Origin: Alkalispirochaeta sp.
GTDB taxonomy: Bacteria; Spirochaetota; Spirochaetia; DSM-27196; Alkalispirochaetaceae
Length of the DNA: 64,000 nucleotides
Reading direction: 5' to 3'
Assembly: GCA_965242725.1 (NCBI GenBank)
Contig: CBDESZ010000004.1
Span: forward strand, 64,001 to 128,000
The position numbers were made by a program, and so were the translations under genes. Positions 8,739 through 20,615 of the stretch are shown here, piece by piece; the first letter of the stretch is position 1; every line of letters begins with the position of its first letter. The notes below the pieces were generated by a model that did not search any database, was not told the origin of the DNA, and saw nothing but the letters and a program-made list of their open reading frames with translations.

Positions 8739-9588
8739 ATGACCAGACACCATCGACGGGGGTCCATCTATTTTCTTATCCCCGCGTTGTTGATATTCAT
8801 TTTTGTCGTCGTCGTCCCCTTTGCCCGGGGATTTATTATTTCCCTCACCGACTGGGACGGTATCTCCCCGGTGATGGAGCGGGTAGGGCTGGACAATTAC
8901 CGGCGGATTTTTTCAACAGACGCGTTCTTGGAACCCTTTATGAACTCCGTGGGTTTTACCACAATCACCCTCATTCTGGACAATGTGCTCGGCCTGACAC
9001 TTGCAATGCTCATATCCGGCAGGGGCATGCGTGCCGGTGTACTGCGGGTGGCGTTCTTTCTTCCATTCATCATCAGTCTGGTCGTCGCGTCATATATGTG
9101 GACCTATCTGTACAGTTCCGTCCTCTATCCGGTTTTCGGACTGCAGAACCCTCTGGGTCAGCCGGAAACGGCAAACCTCGGGGTCGCCCTGATGAGTGTA
9201 TGGCGCAAACACCGGATATTGCATGCTCATCTATGTGGCCGGTCTCAAATCGATTCCCGGTTCCCTCTATGAGGCGGCGGAGGTGGAAGGGGCGGGACCG
9301 ATTGCCCGTTTTTTTCGTATCACCGTACCGCTCCTGATTCCCGCCTTCAGCATAAATGTCACCCTCATACTGGCGTGGGGATTGCGGGAGTTTGACACCG
9401 TCATGGTCGCCACCGGAGGAGGGCCGGGACGGGCGTCCATGAGTATGGCCTTCTACGTGTACAAGACCACCTTTGTGTGGGGAAAGGCGGGATATGGTCA
9501 GGCGGTTGCGGTCGTGATGATGGCCTTTATCGTCGTTGTATCGGCGATCGTCGCACGAACGCTGCGCTCCCGGGAGGTGGAACTGTGA
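8739..9588 (+). CDS. Sugar ABC permease with +1 frameshift near 9207-9209
   Basis: Two overlapping ORFs join as ...SVWRNTGYCMLIY...LYEAAEVEGA (EAA loop) if one A is removed. Confidence 0.85.
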
Positions 9589-10427
9589 AATCATCCCGTT
9601 CGGCACAGATGGTACAACGGGGGATTGGAGCGGTTCTGCTTCTGATCCTGTTCATCGTGTTTCTGTCGCCCTTTTACGTCCAGTTTGTGTACGCCTTCAA
9701 GACGCGGGCGGAGGTTGCCGAGACGGGTCTCGCGCCGCCCACCCACCTGAATCTGGTGAACTTCCGCAACGCCTTTGACGGGACCAGCTTGATACCCGCC
9801 TTTTACCGGACCGCGATTGTGACGATCGCCGTCGTTGTCATCCTGCAGGTCGCCGGCGCAATGGCTGCATGGGCGATCGCGCGGAATCGCAAACGGTGGA
9901 CATATCAGCTCCTGTACTATGCGTTTCTTTCGGCGATTATTCTGCCTTTTCAGGTGGTCATGCTCCCGCTCTATGTGCAGTTCCGGACCTTCGGCCTGCT
10001 CAATACCCTGCCGGGACTCATCCTTGGTATTTCCGGTTTTCAGATCGCCTATAATGTCTTTCTCATGACGGGGTTTATTGCGACGGTTCCGCTGGAACTT
10101 GAGGAGTCGGCGCTGATTGACGGCGCCGGACTGTCCCGGATGTTCTGGTCCGTCGTCTATCCGCTGCTGAAGCCCATCACCCTCACGATGCTGGTGCTGA
10201 ACTTTCTCAGTGCCTGGAACGACTTTATGGTTGCCGTGGTGATCGGATTCAAAGAGGATGTACGGACGCTCCAATATGCGTTGTACATGTTCTTCGGTCA
10301 GTACTCGGCACAGATCCATGAAGCCTTTGCGGCATTTATTGTCGCCGTCGCACCGGTGGTGGTTCTCTATCTCCTCCTTCAGCGGTATATCGTCTCCGGT
10401 CTCACCTCGGGAGCGCTGAAAGGATGA
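9585..10427 (+). CDS. Sugar ABC permease
   Basis: EESALIDGA loop and WNDF motif; GTG start overlaps the upstream stop. Confidence 0.92.
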   Translation: MKSSRSAQMVQRGIGAVLLLILFIVFLSPFYVQFVYAFKTRAEVAETGLAPPTHLNLVNFRNAFDGTSLIPAFYRTAIVTIAVVVILQVAGAMAAWAIARNRKRWTYQLLYYAFLSAIILPFQVVMLPLYVQFRTFGLLNTLPGLILGISGFQIAYNVFLMTGFIATVPLELEESALIDGAGLSRMFWSVVYPLLKPITLTMLVLNFLSAWNDFMVAVVIGFKEDVRTLQYALYMFFGQYSAQIHEAFAAFIVAVAPVVVLYLLLQRYIVSGLTSGALKG

Positions 10428-13337
10428 CGGGTACAATTCCATCCTTTGCACAGGCGCGATGGATCTGGAGCGCCGATCGCCATGACCCCGGGATTGAAGC
10501 ATCCCGGGACCGGTGGGTTCAACTCCGGCGTACAATCGCAATCGACAGCTCCCGGCCGTCGTCGGGACGGTTGATCATCCGGGTAGCCGGCGATACGCGG
10601 TACCGCCTGACGGTGAATGACCGGTGGGTCGGCGACGGCCCGGCGCGTTCCTGGCCGGATGAGCTCTTCTATGACGAGTACGATATAACCGATACCGTGG
10701 CGGGCCGGACGGAGGTGACGGTCTCCCTGCTTGTTCGTTACATATTCCCCGGTACCGGTGCGTCCATTCCCGGAACGCCGGGGTGCGCGGTGGAAGTGGT
10801 CTCCCTGGCGGCGGGAGAAGAGCATATCGTTCTCGTAAGTGATTCATCCTGGGAGGCTTCCGTACATCCCGGATATGGTGAATCAACGACAAAAGCGGCT
10901 AATTCACTTGCCCATGGGGAGGTCTACCGGGCGGATCGTGCGGCACATCCGGCTCTCTGGAAATGGTTGCCCGCCGCGGACACGGGGCCCGCCATCGGGG
11001 ACGAACCGCGGAATTCACGCCGGATCATTCCCCGGGACATTCCGGACCTTTCCGATCGGTGGTTGAATTCTCCCTCCCTGATTCGCTGTCGTCATGTACA
11101 ATCAAACGGGGTATTTCGGTCCGTCGACATGCGTCCACTCATTTTCCCCGGCGAAGGTGATGTCAACAAGCACAAGCGCTTCAGCGGGGTCCTTGAAGTG
11201 GAAATTGCCGCCCCCTCAGGGGGTGACGGAGCGATCGGCCTGACCGTTGATCCCCACGATACCAGGCCGGTGACGCTCATTCTCGATGATCAGCGGTGGA
11301 CCCATGTCAACGGCACCGCATATCCCGTGCATCTCGGGAGTGGAACCAGCCTGTTACAGATTCCGATATCCGGGGAGTTTCACGACCCCGTCTTTCATCT
11401 GCAATTTGTCCTTCCCGCCCGGTCGACGCTCGGCCCCTTCCGGTTCTGGGGACCCTATCGGCGGACGACACACCTTCAGGTCTCCGAGCCGATTCCACCG
11501 GTGGAAGAGGATACGCTCTCCGAGGAGGAGCTTATTGAAACGGTGCGTCTCCGTCGCCGCGCCGGTGAGATCGCGCAGGAGGTTCCGGCGGTCCTCGTAT
11601 CGCCGCACCATGTGGCGTGGGAGCGGCTCTCCGCAACAGGTGCCGTCGCGGGATGCCCCACCGATACGCTTCCGGCGGAGGCGTCGTGGGCCGCCGGAGG
11701 CGGCCATGAGATGGTCTGGGATTTCGGTCGCGAGACGTCGGGATACCTGCTCCTGGATATCGAGGCGCGGGAGGGAACCGTCGTCGATCTCTTCTGTTTC
11801 GAATCGATGCATGACGGCCGGATAGAACACACCTACAGTCTCAATAACACGCTCCGCTACGTTGCCGCCGACGGCAGACAGAGCTATCACGCCTTCATGC
11901 GGCGTGGATTTCGGTATTGTATGGTTGTGTTTCATGAGGGGCCGGACACACCGGACCGTCACGCCCGGTTGCTGGGATTGTCGGTACGGGAGAACCTCTA
12001 TCCCCACGGGGAACCAGCAACGCTGGAGAGCTCGGATGAACGGCTGAACGCAATCTGGGAGATTTCCCGTCGGACCGTCGGGTTGTGCATGGAAGATACC
12101 TACGTTGACTGTCCCGCCTATGAACAGACCTACTGGACCGGGGACGCCCGCAACACCGCGCTCTACTCCTATTATCTCTTCGGGGCGCGGCCGTTATTTC
12201 TCCACGGCGCACGTCTTGCCGCCCGCTCGCTTGACCGGTCTCCCCTCATTGAATCCATGGCGCCGTCGGCGTGGCAGAACGTCATCCCCTCGTGGTCCTT
12301 CCTCCACGTCATAGCCGGTGCGGAATATCTCTTCTACTCAGGTGATGTCGACGGATTCCGCTCCATCTATCAATCCCTCTTGACCAATATGGCCAACGCC
12401 GCCGCCCGGCGTATTCCGACGGCGGATGGTTCACGATTATTCGGAATGTTTGCATGGAACATGGTGGACTGGGCGCCCATGGAGGTGCCCGATTCCGCAA
12501 TTGTCGCCCATCAGAACGCACAGTTTGTGTGGGCCTGCAGAAAACTTGCGGACGCCGCGGAACAGACGGGCAACATCGCCGATGCAAAACGGCTTACCGC
12601 GTGGGCGGACGAAACGGTTGCCGCAATCAATCGGACCTTCTGGGACGACCACGAGAGGGCGTACCGTGACGCGGTATATCGCGACGGCACCCGGGGCACC
12701 CGATTTTCAGTACAGACTCAGCTGTTCTGTTATCTTGCCGGCGTCTGTCCCGGGGACCGGGAGGAGCGGGTGCTGGGAATGATTCACTCGCCTCCGCCGC
12801 GGATGGTGCGGATCGGGAGTCCCTTCGTCCACCATTTCTATTTGGATCTCCTTGACCGAACCTCCCGACACGGGAAACTCATGGACGAGATCAGGACCAT
12901 ATGGGGCAATATGCTCGATCACGACGCAACGACGTGCTGGGAAGGGTGGACCTTCATAGAGGGTGACTACACCCGGAGCCACTGCCACGCGTGGTCTTCC
13001 GCGCCGGCATACTTTCTTCCCACCCTTCTGCTCGGTATTCGACCCAAAGAAAGCGGATTCAGACGGGTGGAGATACGACCTCTGCCGGTCGATACGACAT
13101 GGGCGCGGGGGTTCCATGCCGACACCCCCCCCCCCCCCCCCCCCCCCCCCCCGGGGCGCGCTGACCGTCAGCTGGGAGATAATTGGCGGCCGGATGAACA
13201 TCGACGTAACCCATCCCGGCGATATGGAGGTGGAAGTAACCATTCCTCCGGAATATACGGGAGGATCCGTCGACGTTCATGTCGCGGGGTCCCGTCCAAT
13301 CACCCTGCACAATTCACGCAGGCCGGGAGTTGAATGA
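10424..13337 (+). CDS. GH78 alpha-L-rhamnosidase-like glycoside hydrolase, frameshifted near the C-terminus
   Basis: DCPAYEQTYWTGD, ATTCWE and SHCHAWSSAP motifs. The natural end WARGSMPTP...RGALTVSW continues in another frame after GGGGG at 13107-13111. Confidence 0.88.
13125..13152 (+). repeat. Poly-C tract (28 C)
   Basis: Counted directly from the sequence. Confidence 0.95.
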
Positions 13338-13375
13338 ATCACAAAGACTGTCTTCAACTGTAACGATAATCATGG

Positions 13376-15451
13376 ATGTTTTTCGCAGGAACCGCACAAA
13401 ATGATTTGTTCACTTGCGATGCCGCCGACGCTACAGTACGATTAAATTTGATGTCCCCCCAAGTTGGCCTGCAATCCCGCGCGATTCCTCTCCGTCGGTA
13501 CCTATCCCGGATTGCCATCCTGGTAAGTTTACCGATAATGGTCGTTGCGCTGTATCTCTCGGTCCAACATATTCAGGATCTCAGGCAGTCGGTCCGTCTC
13601 ACCGCGGACGACCTGGCGGAAAACGTCGCGCTGGCGTTGGATGTCCGGTTGAAAGCAATAATCGACGGGCTGAATGTACTTGCAGCATCACCACTGTTGG
13701 AGACCGAAGAAGAGCTTCAATTATTTTACGAGACCGCCCAGGGGTTCCGGGATGTATTTGGCGCACACGTCATATTGGCGGACCTTGATTCAAACATGGT
13801 GTTCAACACCCGCAGTCCATTGGGCGCCGAACTTCCGAAGCTACCCGTTCCCGGCGGGCACGCGGCAGTTCCGGACGTCCTGCGGACCGGTGAACCGTCG
13901 GTTGGCGACATGTTCATGGGACCCATCGCTAAGGAAACGCTGATTGCGGCGGTGGTGCCGGTGACGCGGGCGGGTGAAATTCAGAGGCTGCTCCTGAGCA
14001 TCCCGGAAACGCGGCAATTCCAGAACCTCATCGATAATCTCGCCCTTCCGGACGGCTGGGTATTGGCCATTACGGACAGTAAGGGTGACCTCATCGCCGG
14101 TCGCGGGTCCTTTCCATCGGAGGCGGATTCGGAAGGAAACGACGTTTTCTATCGTCGAAACGATTCTCTCGATCACGCCCTCTGGTCGGTACGATTGGAC
14201 GTACCCTATGCACACACGGCACAGCTTGTCTTTCGTAATACAACGGCGATCGTTCTCATGCTCGTGATCGCCGCCGTCGCAACCTTCTTTGTCGGTCTCA
14301 AATTCAGCGGCCGGCTCTCGTCCCAGGTTCGTTCTCAGTTGATTGACCACAAGACACCGGCTCGTCGGCCCATACTGGAATTCCAGCAAATGGGTCAAAA
14401 GCTTGAAGAAGTTGAGGCACAACGTGATTCGTCACTGCACATGCTTACACTGTTCATTGAGAACGTACCTGCCGCAATTGCGATGCTCGACACGGACTTG
14501 CGCTATGTGACCGTCAGTAACAGATTCTGTTCCGATTTCAGTGTGGAGATAGACAACGTCGCAGGGAAGACTCATCTTGAAACGCTGCCGGGGATCGGCG
14601 AGGCGTGGCGATCCGCCCATGTGCGATGTCTGCAAGGATCGACGGAGCGGGGCGAAGAGGAGCCATACATACGGCCCGACGGTTCACAGGAATGGTTTCG
14701 GTGGGAAATGAGGCCGTGGTATCAGGATGAGGAGACCATCGGTGGCATCCTCTTTTTCGCCGAACGGATAACCCGCCAGGTAGAAGATGAAGCCCGGCTG
14801 AGGCGCTCCCTTGACCACCAGAGGTTATTACTGCAGGAGCTCTCGCACAGGATAAACAACAATCTCCAACGTATCGCGTCGTTTGTCGTTCTATACTCCC
14901 AGTCTCCGCGGGTCTTGAAGTCCTCGGATCTGGCTAATCTACTACTGGTCCGAATCGAGGCAATAGCGTTGGTGCATCGGCAACTCGGAATCGCCAGTGA
15001 CCTATCAAGAGTCGATATAGGCGAGTATCTGGAGGGGTTGTGTCATTTGGCGCTTCGCGGCGCAGGCTCGTCCCCCGAAGCAGTTCAATTAACCCTCGAC
15101 CTCATCCACGAGCGTATTCTCTTTGACGCGGCTTTGCCGCTCGGTTTGGCCGTCCTGGAACTCCTTGAGACGTTGTTGGCGCATGTCGGCAACAACAGCC
15201 CACCGGCAACGCTCGAGGTGCGTCTCGCCAAAAGTGATCCCGGAACACTGGAACTCCGTATCGCGGGAAACGGCCTTTCCGGTCTGAGTATGGACGACCC
15301 GAGCCGACGGGACTCACAGATATTTGTGTACGCGACAGTGAAGGACCAGCTTAAGGGTACCATTGAGCACACGGAATCCGCCGATCAAACAACGACTGTT
15401 TGGGTCATTACGTTTACGGACACTCAATATGCTCAGAGGGTATGGCGATGA
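13376..15451 (+). CDS. Cache/PAS sensor histidine kinase (HisKA_2 type) with degenerate ATPase domain
   Basis: Two TM segments, a PAS domain and ELSHRINNNLQ H-box. Start may be 13451. Confidence 0.8.
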   Translation: MFFAGTAQNDLFTCDAADATVRLNLMSPQVGLQSRAIPLRRYLSRIAILVSLPIMVVALYLSVQHIQDLRQSVRLTADDLAENVALALDVRLKAIIDGLNVLAASPLLETEEELQLFYETAQGFRDVFGAHVILADLDSNMVFNTRSPLGAELPKLPVPGGHAAVPDVLRTGEPSVGDMFMGPIAKETLIAAVVPVTRAGEIQRLLLSIPETRQFQNLIDNLALPDGWVLAITDSKGDLIAGRGSFPSEADSEGNDVFYRRNDSLDHALWSVRLDVPYAHTAQLVFRNTTAIVLMLVIAAVATFFVGLKFSGRLSSQVRSQLIDHKTPARRPILEFQQMGQKLEEVEAQRDSSLHMLTLFIENVPAAIAMLDTDLRYVTVSNRFCSDFSVEIDNVAGKTHLETLPGIGEAWRSAHVRCLQGSTERGEEEPYIRPDGSQEWFRWEMRPWYQDEETIGGILFFAERITRQVEDEARLRRSLDHQRLLLQELSHRINNNLQRIASFVVLYSQSPRVLKSSDLANLLLVRIEAIALVHRQLGIASDLSRVDIGEYLEGLCHLALRGAGSSPEAVQLTLDLIHERILFDAALPLGLAVLELLETLLAHVGNNSPPATLEVRLAKSDPGTLELRIAGNGLSGLSMDDPSRRDSQIFVYATVKDQLKGTIEHTESADQTTTVWVITFTDTQYAQRVWR

Positions 15452-15822
15452 GACTTCCCGGGCCAATCATGATCGTTGAAGACGAGAGCCTCATCGCCAT
15501 GGTGTTACAGAGGATGTTGACCGACGACGGCTGGACGATATGTGCCAAAGTCTCAACGGGAGAAGAAGCGGTCGAGTCAGTGAAAACGGCCGATCCCTGC
15601 CTCATCCTGATGGATATACGATTGTCCGGCGCTATGGACGGAATAGAGGCAGCACAACAGATACAAGCCTTCTCCAATGCCTCGATCGTGTTTATGACCG
15701 GCTACAGTGACCCCGCAATGCGGCAGCGGGCGGAGGTATTGAATCCCCTTGGATACCTTATAAAACCCGTTGGTATGCGTGATTTGGAACCATTACTTGA
15801 AGCCTTGCGGTACCGTCAATAG
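15448..15822 (+). CDS. Single-domain response regulator
   Basis: IVEDE, LMDIRL, MTG and YLIKP motifs. Confidence 0.92.
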   Translation: MRLPGPIMIVEDESLIAMVLQRMLTDDGWTICAKVSTGEEAVESVKTADPCLILMDIRLSGAMDGIEAAQQIQAFSNASIVFMTGYSDPAMRQRAEVLNPLGYLIKPVGMRDLEPLLEALRYRQ

Positions 15823-16050
15823 TCCTGCCTGTTGCCCCTTGCACAATCGCGATTTCTCTTGCTTTTTCCCAAAACTGAGTTAATACTTCGCTGTATACAG
15901 TCCCAGTAAGGAGCCGAGCAGCTCAGTACCGCATACCCTCATTCGGAATCACCCACCTATTCCGTCAATAGACGACAGACGACGTAATTCCTCCGCCTGT
16001 CCGTTGACCCATTAAAAAACGATAAAAAAATACTTTCTCTGGAGTGCAAA

Positions 16051-18132
16051 ATGCTCAAAAACCTGAAGATGGCGTTAAAGATGACGCTGGGCTTCGGATC
16101 CCTTGTGGTTCTGTTGATAATTGTCGGGGCGTTGGCCGTGACAAATCTTTTACGTATTCAGTCTGATTCTGTCCGACTGCGCGACCAGCATATCGCAGAA
16201 GTAGAAATAGCAAACAATGTCGAACGGAATGTCCGGTCCACGATGTACGCGATGCGCGGGTACGCATACAGTTTTGATGATCGTTTCTGGAATGAAATGG
16301 AAACGAGCTATGGTCTGGTAGAAGAGCATTTGGGGTCGGCCCGGACCCTGGCCGATACATATTCCGAACTGGTCATTCTAAAAGAGAGCGTCCAGCGGGC
16401 TGCACGGGAAGCCGGTGAATATCTGAACCTGGCAAACCAGTCCCATGAACTCATTCAGGATATTGTCGTCAACCGGGACATAAATGCTACAGCCGGCTCG
16501 GATGCGGTTTCACAAATAGAAGCGTTCCTTTCACGTCAGGAAGGAGAAATGCAGACGGAAATTCTGTCAGGCGTCACCGGTGAGGCACTCCTTGAGCGTC
16601 TGCAGAAAATCACACTCGGAAATGATCTGCTCGATGCAATAAATACTGCGCAGTTAAACAATTTCCGCGGACAGTTGCTGACCGATCAGGACTTGTTAAA
16701 CCGTTCGCGGGCAAGCCTCAATGAAGTTCCTTCCCTTCTTCAAGAGTTGCGGAAGATCACACGTGTTCAGGCCGATATTGACCGGCTTGATGTCATAGAA
16801 GACGGTGTAACTCGATACATGCAGGCAGTGGAAACTATTGCTAGAAATTATGTTTCGTTGGCCAATTTGAACGAATCACGGAATATTGCCGGTTCTGAAG
16901 TTCTTACTGCCGCGCAGAGTACCGCCAATGCAGGCGTAGATGCGACCAAGAGGTTGTCAACGGGTGTCGTGGAAGCTGTCCGCGCGGCAGTCATTGCGGT
17001 GTTTATGGGGATCGTGGTTGCCCTGGGTGTTGCAGTGGCCGTAGCGATCGCGATTACGAGAACGATAACGAAAGCGCTCCACCGGGGCGTCGTCTTTGCC
17101 GGTGAAATGAGCAAAGGAAATCTTACGGCAAAACTGGATGTAGACCAGAAAGACGAGATCGGTGACCTGGCAAATTCCCTCAGACAGATGCGGGACAAAC
17201 TGACATCGGTCATCCGGGACGTAACGACTGCGTCGGGAAATGTGGCGTCCGGTAGCGAGGAAATGAGCAGTACGTCGCAGCAACTGTCGGCGGGTGCAAC
17301 AGAGCAAGCCGCATCAGCTGAGGAAGTCTCATCATCCATGGAACAGATGGGGGCAAATATCAGGCAGAACTCCGACAATGCGATGCAGACGGAGAAGATT
17401 GCCCTCATGGCGGCTCAGAATGCAGAAGAGGGTGGTGTGGCTGTGAAACAAACGGTGGAAGCGATGAGGGAAATCTCACAGAAAATCAACATAATCGACG
17501 AGATTGCCCGAAACACCAATCTCCTTGCCCTGAATGCCGCCATTGAGGCGGCCCGCGCGGGAGAACACGGGAAGGGGTTTGCCGTTGTGGCAAGTGAAGT
17601 ACGTAAACTCGCCGAACGGAGTCAGACCGCCGCAGGGGAAATAGCCAGTCTTTCCATCAGCAGTGTGGGAATAGCGGAAAAAGCGGGACAGATGATCACC
17701 GCGATCATTCCTGATATCCGGAAGACTGCCGAGCTGGTCCAGGAAATCAACGCCGCCAGCAAGGAGCAGAGCAGCGGGGCCGATCAGATTAATCAGGCCC
17801 TTATGCAGCTGGACAAAGTCGTGCAGCAAAACGCATCGGCGTCGGAAGAAATGGCAGCGATGTCGGAAGAGTTGAGCGGCCAGGCTGAACAGCTGCAGGC
17901 GACGATGGCGTTTTTCACCGTCGACATGGGGAGTGTGCGCGAGACACGATTGCTGGAAGCGCCCGGCGGATATTCCAAATCCCCGGCCGCGACGGTCGGG
18001 ACCTATCATATACCTACGGATCGCAGCGGCGGAAACGGACGCGTAAAGCGACAGAGAGAGGCGGTTTCGATTTCCCTCGATCATGATTCTCGGAGTTCCG
18101 ACTCCGGCGACGACGAGTTTGAGAATTTCTGA
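16051..18132 (+). CDS. Methyl-accepting chemotaxis protein
   Basis: [36 protein letters not shown] signalling motif and HAMP domain. Confidence 0.96.
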   Translation: MLKNLKMALKMTLGFGSLVVLLIIVGALAVTNLLRIQSDSVRLRDQHIAEVEIANNVERNVRSTMYAMRGYAYSFDDRFWNEMETSYGLVEEHLGSARTLADTYSELVILKESVQRAAREAGEYLNLANQSHELIQDIVVNRDINATAGSDAVSQIEAFLSRQEGEMQTEILSGVTGEALLERLQKITLGNDLLDAINTAQLNNFRGQLLTDQDLLNRSRASLNEVPSLLQELRKITRVQADIDRLDVIEDGVTRYMQAVETIARNYVSLANLNESRNIAGSEVLTAAQSTANAGVDATKRLSTGVVEAVRAAVIAVFMGIVVALGVAVAVAIAITRTITKALHRGVVFAGEMSKGNLTAKLDVDQKDEIGDLANSLRQMRDKLTSVIRDVTTASGNVASGSEEMSSTSQQLSAGATEQAASAEEVSSSMEQMGANIRQNSDNAMQTEKIALMAAQNAEEGGVAVKQTVEAMREISQKINIIDEIARNTNLLALNAAIEAARAGEHGKGFAVVASEVRKLAERSQTAAGEIASLSISSVGIAEKAGQMITAIIPDIRKTAELVQEINAASKEQSSGADQINQALMQLDKVVQQNASASEEMAAMSEELSGQAEQLQATMAFFTVDMGSVRETRLLEAPGGYSKSPAATVGTYHIPTDRSGGNGRVKRQREAVSISLDHDSRSSDSGDDEFENF

Positions 18133-18626
18133 TGGAAACTGCGACATTGACACAAAATCAGTACCTCACGTTTACCCTCGCCGGTGAGCAGTACGCGGTG
18201 GAAGTTATACGGGTCCGGGAGGTATTACCGGACAAGCCGCTCACGGTGGTCCCTCGCATGCCTGATTACATGAAAGGAATAATCAACATACGGGGCAGCG
18301 TTGTACCGGTGGTGGACCTGCGGTCCAGGTTCGACATGGATGAAGGGGTCAAGACCGCCGACACGAGTATCATCGTCATGGATCTTCCGGTGGATTCCAA
18401 GGGAAACAGTATCACCGTGGGATGTCTGGCCGATTCGGTGCAGGAGGTGGTGGAGATATCCCCCGAAGAGGTCCAGCCTCCTCCAACCCTTGGCATGTCC
18501 CTGGACGTACAACATGTAAAAGGAATCGGCAAACGGGGAGACCGGTTTGTCATCCTGCTGGACATCGACGAAGTATTTCGGTCGGCCGATCTTGGCGGCA
18601 TAGAAGAACAGGATTCGACCATATAG
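18132..18626 (+). CDS. cheW: Chemotaxis coupling protein CheW
   Basis: QYLTFTL, GIINIRGSVVPVVDLR and LLDIDEV motifs; coupled to the chemoreceptor gene. Confidence 0.95.
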   Translation: METATLTQNQYLTFTLAGEQYAVEVIRVREVLPDKPLTVVPRMPDYMKGIINIRGSVVPVVDLRSRFDMDEGVKTADTSIIVMDLPVDSKGNSITVGCLADSVQEVVEISPEEVQPPPTLGMSLDVQHVKGIGKRGDRFVILLDIDEVFRSADLGGIEEQDSTI

Positions 18627-18644
18627 GCAAATCGTTGGCTGGTT

Positions 18645-18673
18645 GACCCGGGGTATCCGTGTTACCCCGGGTC
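18645..18673. terminator. Stem-loop after cheW
   Basis: GACCCGGGGTA / TACCCCGGGTC 11-bp inverted repeat. Confidence 0.55.
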
Positions 18674-18834
18674 CCGCTCCTCCCGGATAGATTTCCAGAT
18701 CGACCCCACGGAGTGCGCGTATACTTCCTGAGTCGCAGAGATTTGTCGATGAGACCATTGTAAACGGTCATTTCACGGTTGTGTAACCGGAAATGGCGAG
18801 GGAACGGAGGCCACCCGCGATAGAGACGATGCAA

Positions 18835-18869
18835 TTGACCGATATTGGGACGCGTATTACCATCAAACC
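18835..18869 (+). promoter_or_regulatory. Sigma70-like promoter, probably leaderless
   Basis: TTGACC-17-TACCAT-6-ATG. Confidence 0.55.
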
Positions 18870-19142
18870 ATGACTGTTACCATTGACCGGCTTGGCCGGA
18901 TCGTTGTGCCAAAGGCAGTACGGGAGCAATACCACCTCATCCCGGGAACGGAGCTGGAGTTGGAACTCGATGTGAGCGGACTCCATTTAAAGCCTGCCCA
19001 TGGTGAACCGACGTTGATCCGGAAAGAGGGGGTGTTGGTACACCACGGAACCGAATCCGTCGATATCGATATCACTTCCTATATCAATGCCGATCGTGAA
19101 CGTCGCGCCGATGGGCTGGTAGGGGAGGAGCCTTCAGAATGA
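18870..19142 (+). CDS. AbrB/MazE-type antitoxin
   Basis: VTIDRLGRIVVPKAVRE motif. Confidence 0.9.
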   Translation: MTVTIDRLGRIVVPKAVREQYHLIPGTELELELDVSGLHLKPAHGEPTLIRKEGVLVHHGTESVDIDITSYINADRERRADGLVGEEPSE

Positions 19143-19570
19143 AATCGTTCTTTGATACGTCCGTTCTCATTCCGGCAATGGTGGACCAGTTACGTAATCA
19201 TCCCCGATGTTTTGCCGCATTTCGGGAGTTTACCGGCGAGGGCAACGAGGGATTCTGCTCCACCCACGTTCTTGCGGAATGTTATTCCGTCATGACGGCG
19301 CTCCCGTTGCGTCGCAGAGTCAGTCCCGCCGACGCGGGACACCTCATACGCGACACCGTGGCCGGACGTCTGACGGTTATTCCCCTCGGTACGGAGGATT
19401 ACCTGGAAGCCATTGATCGAGTAAGCGAAAAAGGTCTGGTAAGCGGTATCGTCTATGATGCTCTCCACTACCTGGCGGCTGAAAAAGCCGGGTGCGACCG
19501 TCTCTTCACCTTCAATACGGATCACTTTCAGTATGTACAAAGAGGAACGATCACCATTTCCGCACCGTGA
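19139..19570 (+). CDS. vapC: VapC PIN-domain toxin
   Basis: FFDTSVL, LAECYS, YDALH and TFN motifs; overlaps the antitoxin stop. Confidence 0.9.
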   Translation: MKSFFDTSVLIPAMVDQLRNHPRCFAAFREFTGEGNEGFCSTHVLAECYSVMTALPLRRRVSPADAGHLIRDTVAGRLTVIPLGTEDYLEAIDRVSEKGLVSGIVYDALHYLAAEKAGCDRLFTFNTDHFQYVQRGTITISAP

Positions 19571-19709
19571 TATGGTGGATGTTCCGTTTCCAAGAGGAGG
19601 ATTCGGCTATTCTTGACGCCCCCCACAACGTGGAGCTGCGTGCAAGGTACGGAACATCCCACGTGTCAGTGCTTTCACTACGACGTGGCGGACGAACGGG
19701 CGAAGAGTT

Positions 19710-19798
19710 GATTACATGACTCCGCCCGAAATTGAGGTTTGAAGGACCGGTTACACGGAGATACCGGTCGTCTATCCGAAAATATTGAGAAAATTCCA
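19710..19798 (+). mobile_element. Possible IS3-family right-end relic
   Basis: DYMTPPEIEV* resembles an IS3 OrfB C-terminus and is followed by CTATCCGAAAATATTGAGAAAATTCCA ending in CA. Confidence 0.3.
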
Positions 19799-19932
19799 CA
19801 CTCTACTGGAATTTATACATTCCTGAGATATAGTTCTTGGTAATTATCCGTAAAAAGTCTCTAAGTCTACTTTTTTAGTCATGTTGAGTCCGGCGCGACG
19901 AAGTCAGGTCTCGACACAGCAAAGGGGATGGT

Positions 19933-20382
19933 ATGGGCATCAAACTGAGAGGCATGGCAATTATTCTGGCAATCAGCACTCTGGTACTTTTCGGATGTGA
20001 CTCGACCGGTGCCGGTGGGAGCGACGTGACGGGCGCGACATCCGGGACGATTTCAATCAACAGCGTAAGCCCGAGTTCCGGGCTTTCTGCGGGTGTTTCT
20101 ACGTCATTCGAAGTGATTATTCAGTACACGGCGGAAGGCGGGCAGGCGGAAATAATGATCGGCTTTAACAGCGGCAGTTCTCCAAACTACTATACAATAG
20201 AAGAGGAAATCATCGTTCAGGAAGGCAGCGGAAGTCACACCTTTAACGTGACTACGACGCCGAAGGATTGGAGTTCGGAAAGCGATACCTTCAAGGTGAA
20301 AGTGTACCTGTCGGAAGAACCCCATCCGGACTCCTGGTCACCGTTGGATACGGAAACCCAGGTTTTGACCCTGGCGAGCTGA
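19933..20382 (+). CDS. Hypothetical lipoprotein, beta-rich
   Basis: LVLFGC lipobox, Ser/Thr-rich linker and AAGGGG RBS. Confidence 0.75.
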   Translation: MGIKLRGMAIILAISTLVLFGCDSTGAGGSDVTGATSGTISINSVSPSSGLSAGVSTSFEVIIQYTAEGGQAEIMIGFNSGSSPNYYTIEEEIIVQEGSGSHTFNVTTTPKDWSSESDTFKVKVYLSEEPHPDSWSPLDTETQVLTLAS

Positions 20383-20615
20383 AGTATCGTATGACCTAAG
20401 GATGCGGTCCGAAATGATCGCCTCCTTGTGCGCTATTACGGCTGTAGCGGGCGCGGATTCATACTGTAGAGATCACGCTAACCATCGATCCCGTGCAGCT
20501 CGGGTGGACTGGATGACATCGAATTCCCGCCGATCCGGTTTTGATCATTTCAGGTATGCGGAGTGCGCCCGGCGGAACCGTGAGGTTCAGAATAAAGAAA
20601 AAATAAGAACAGACG

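Noticed and set aside
15990..16030. Sigma28 promoter before the chemoreceptor-cheW pair
   Set aside because: Only a partial CGATAA; no TAAA box at the correct spacing.
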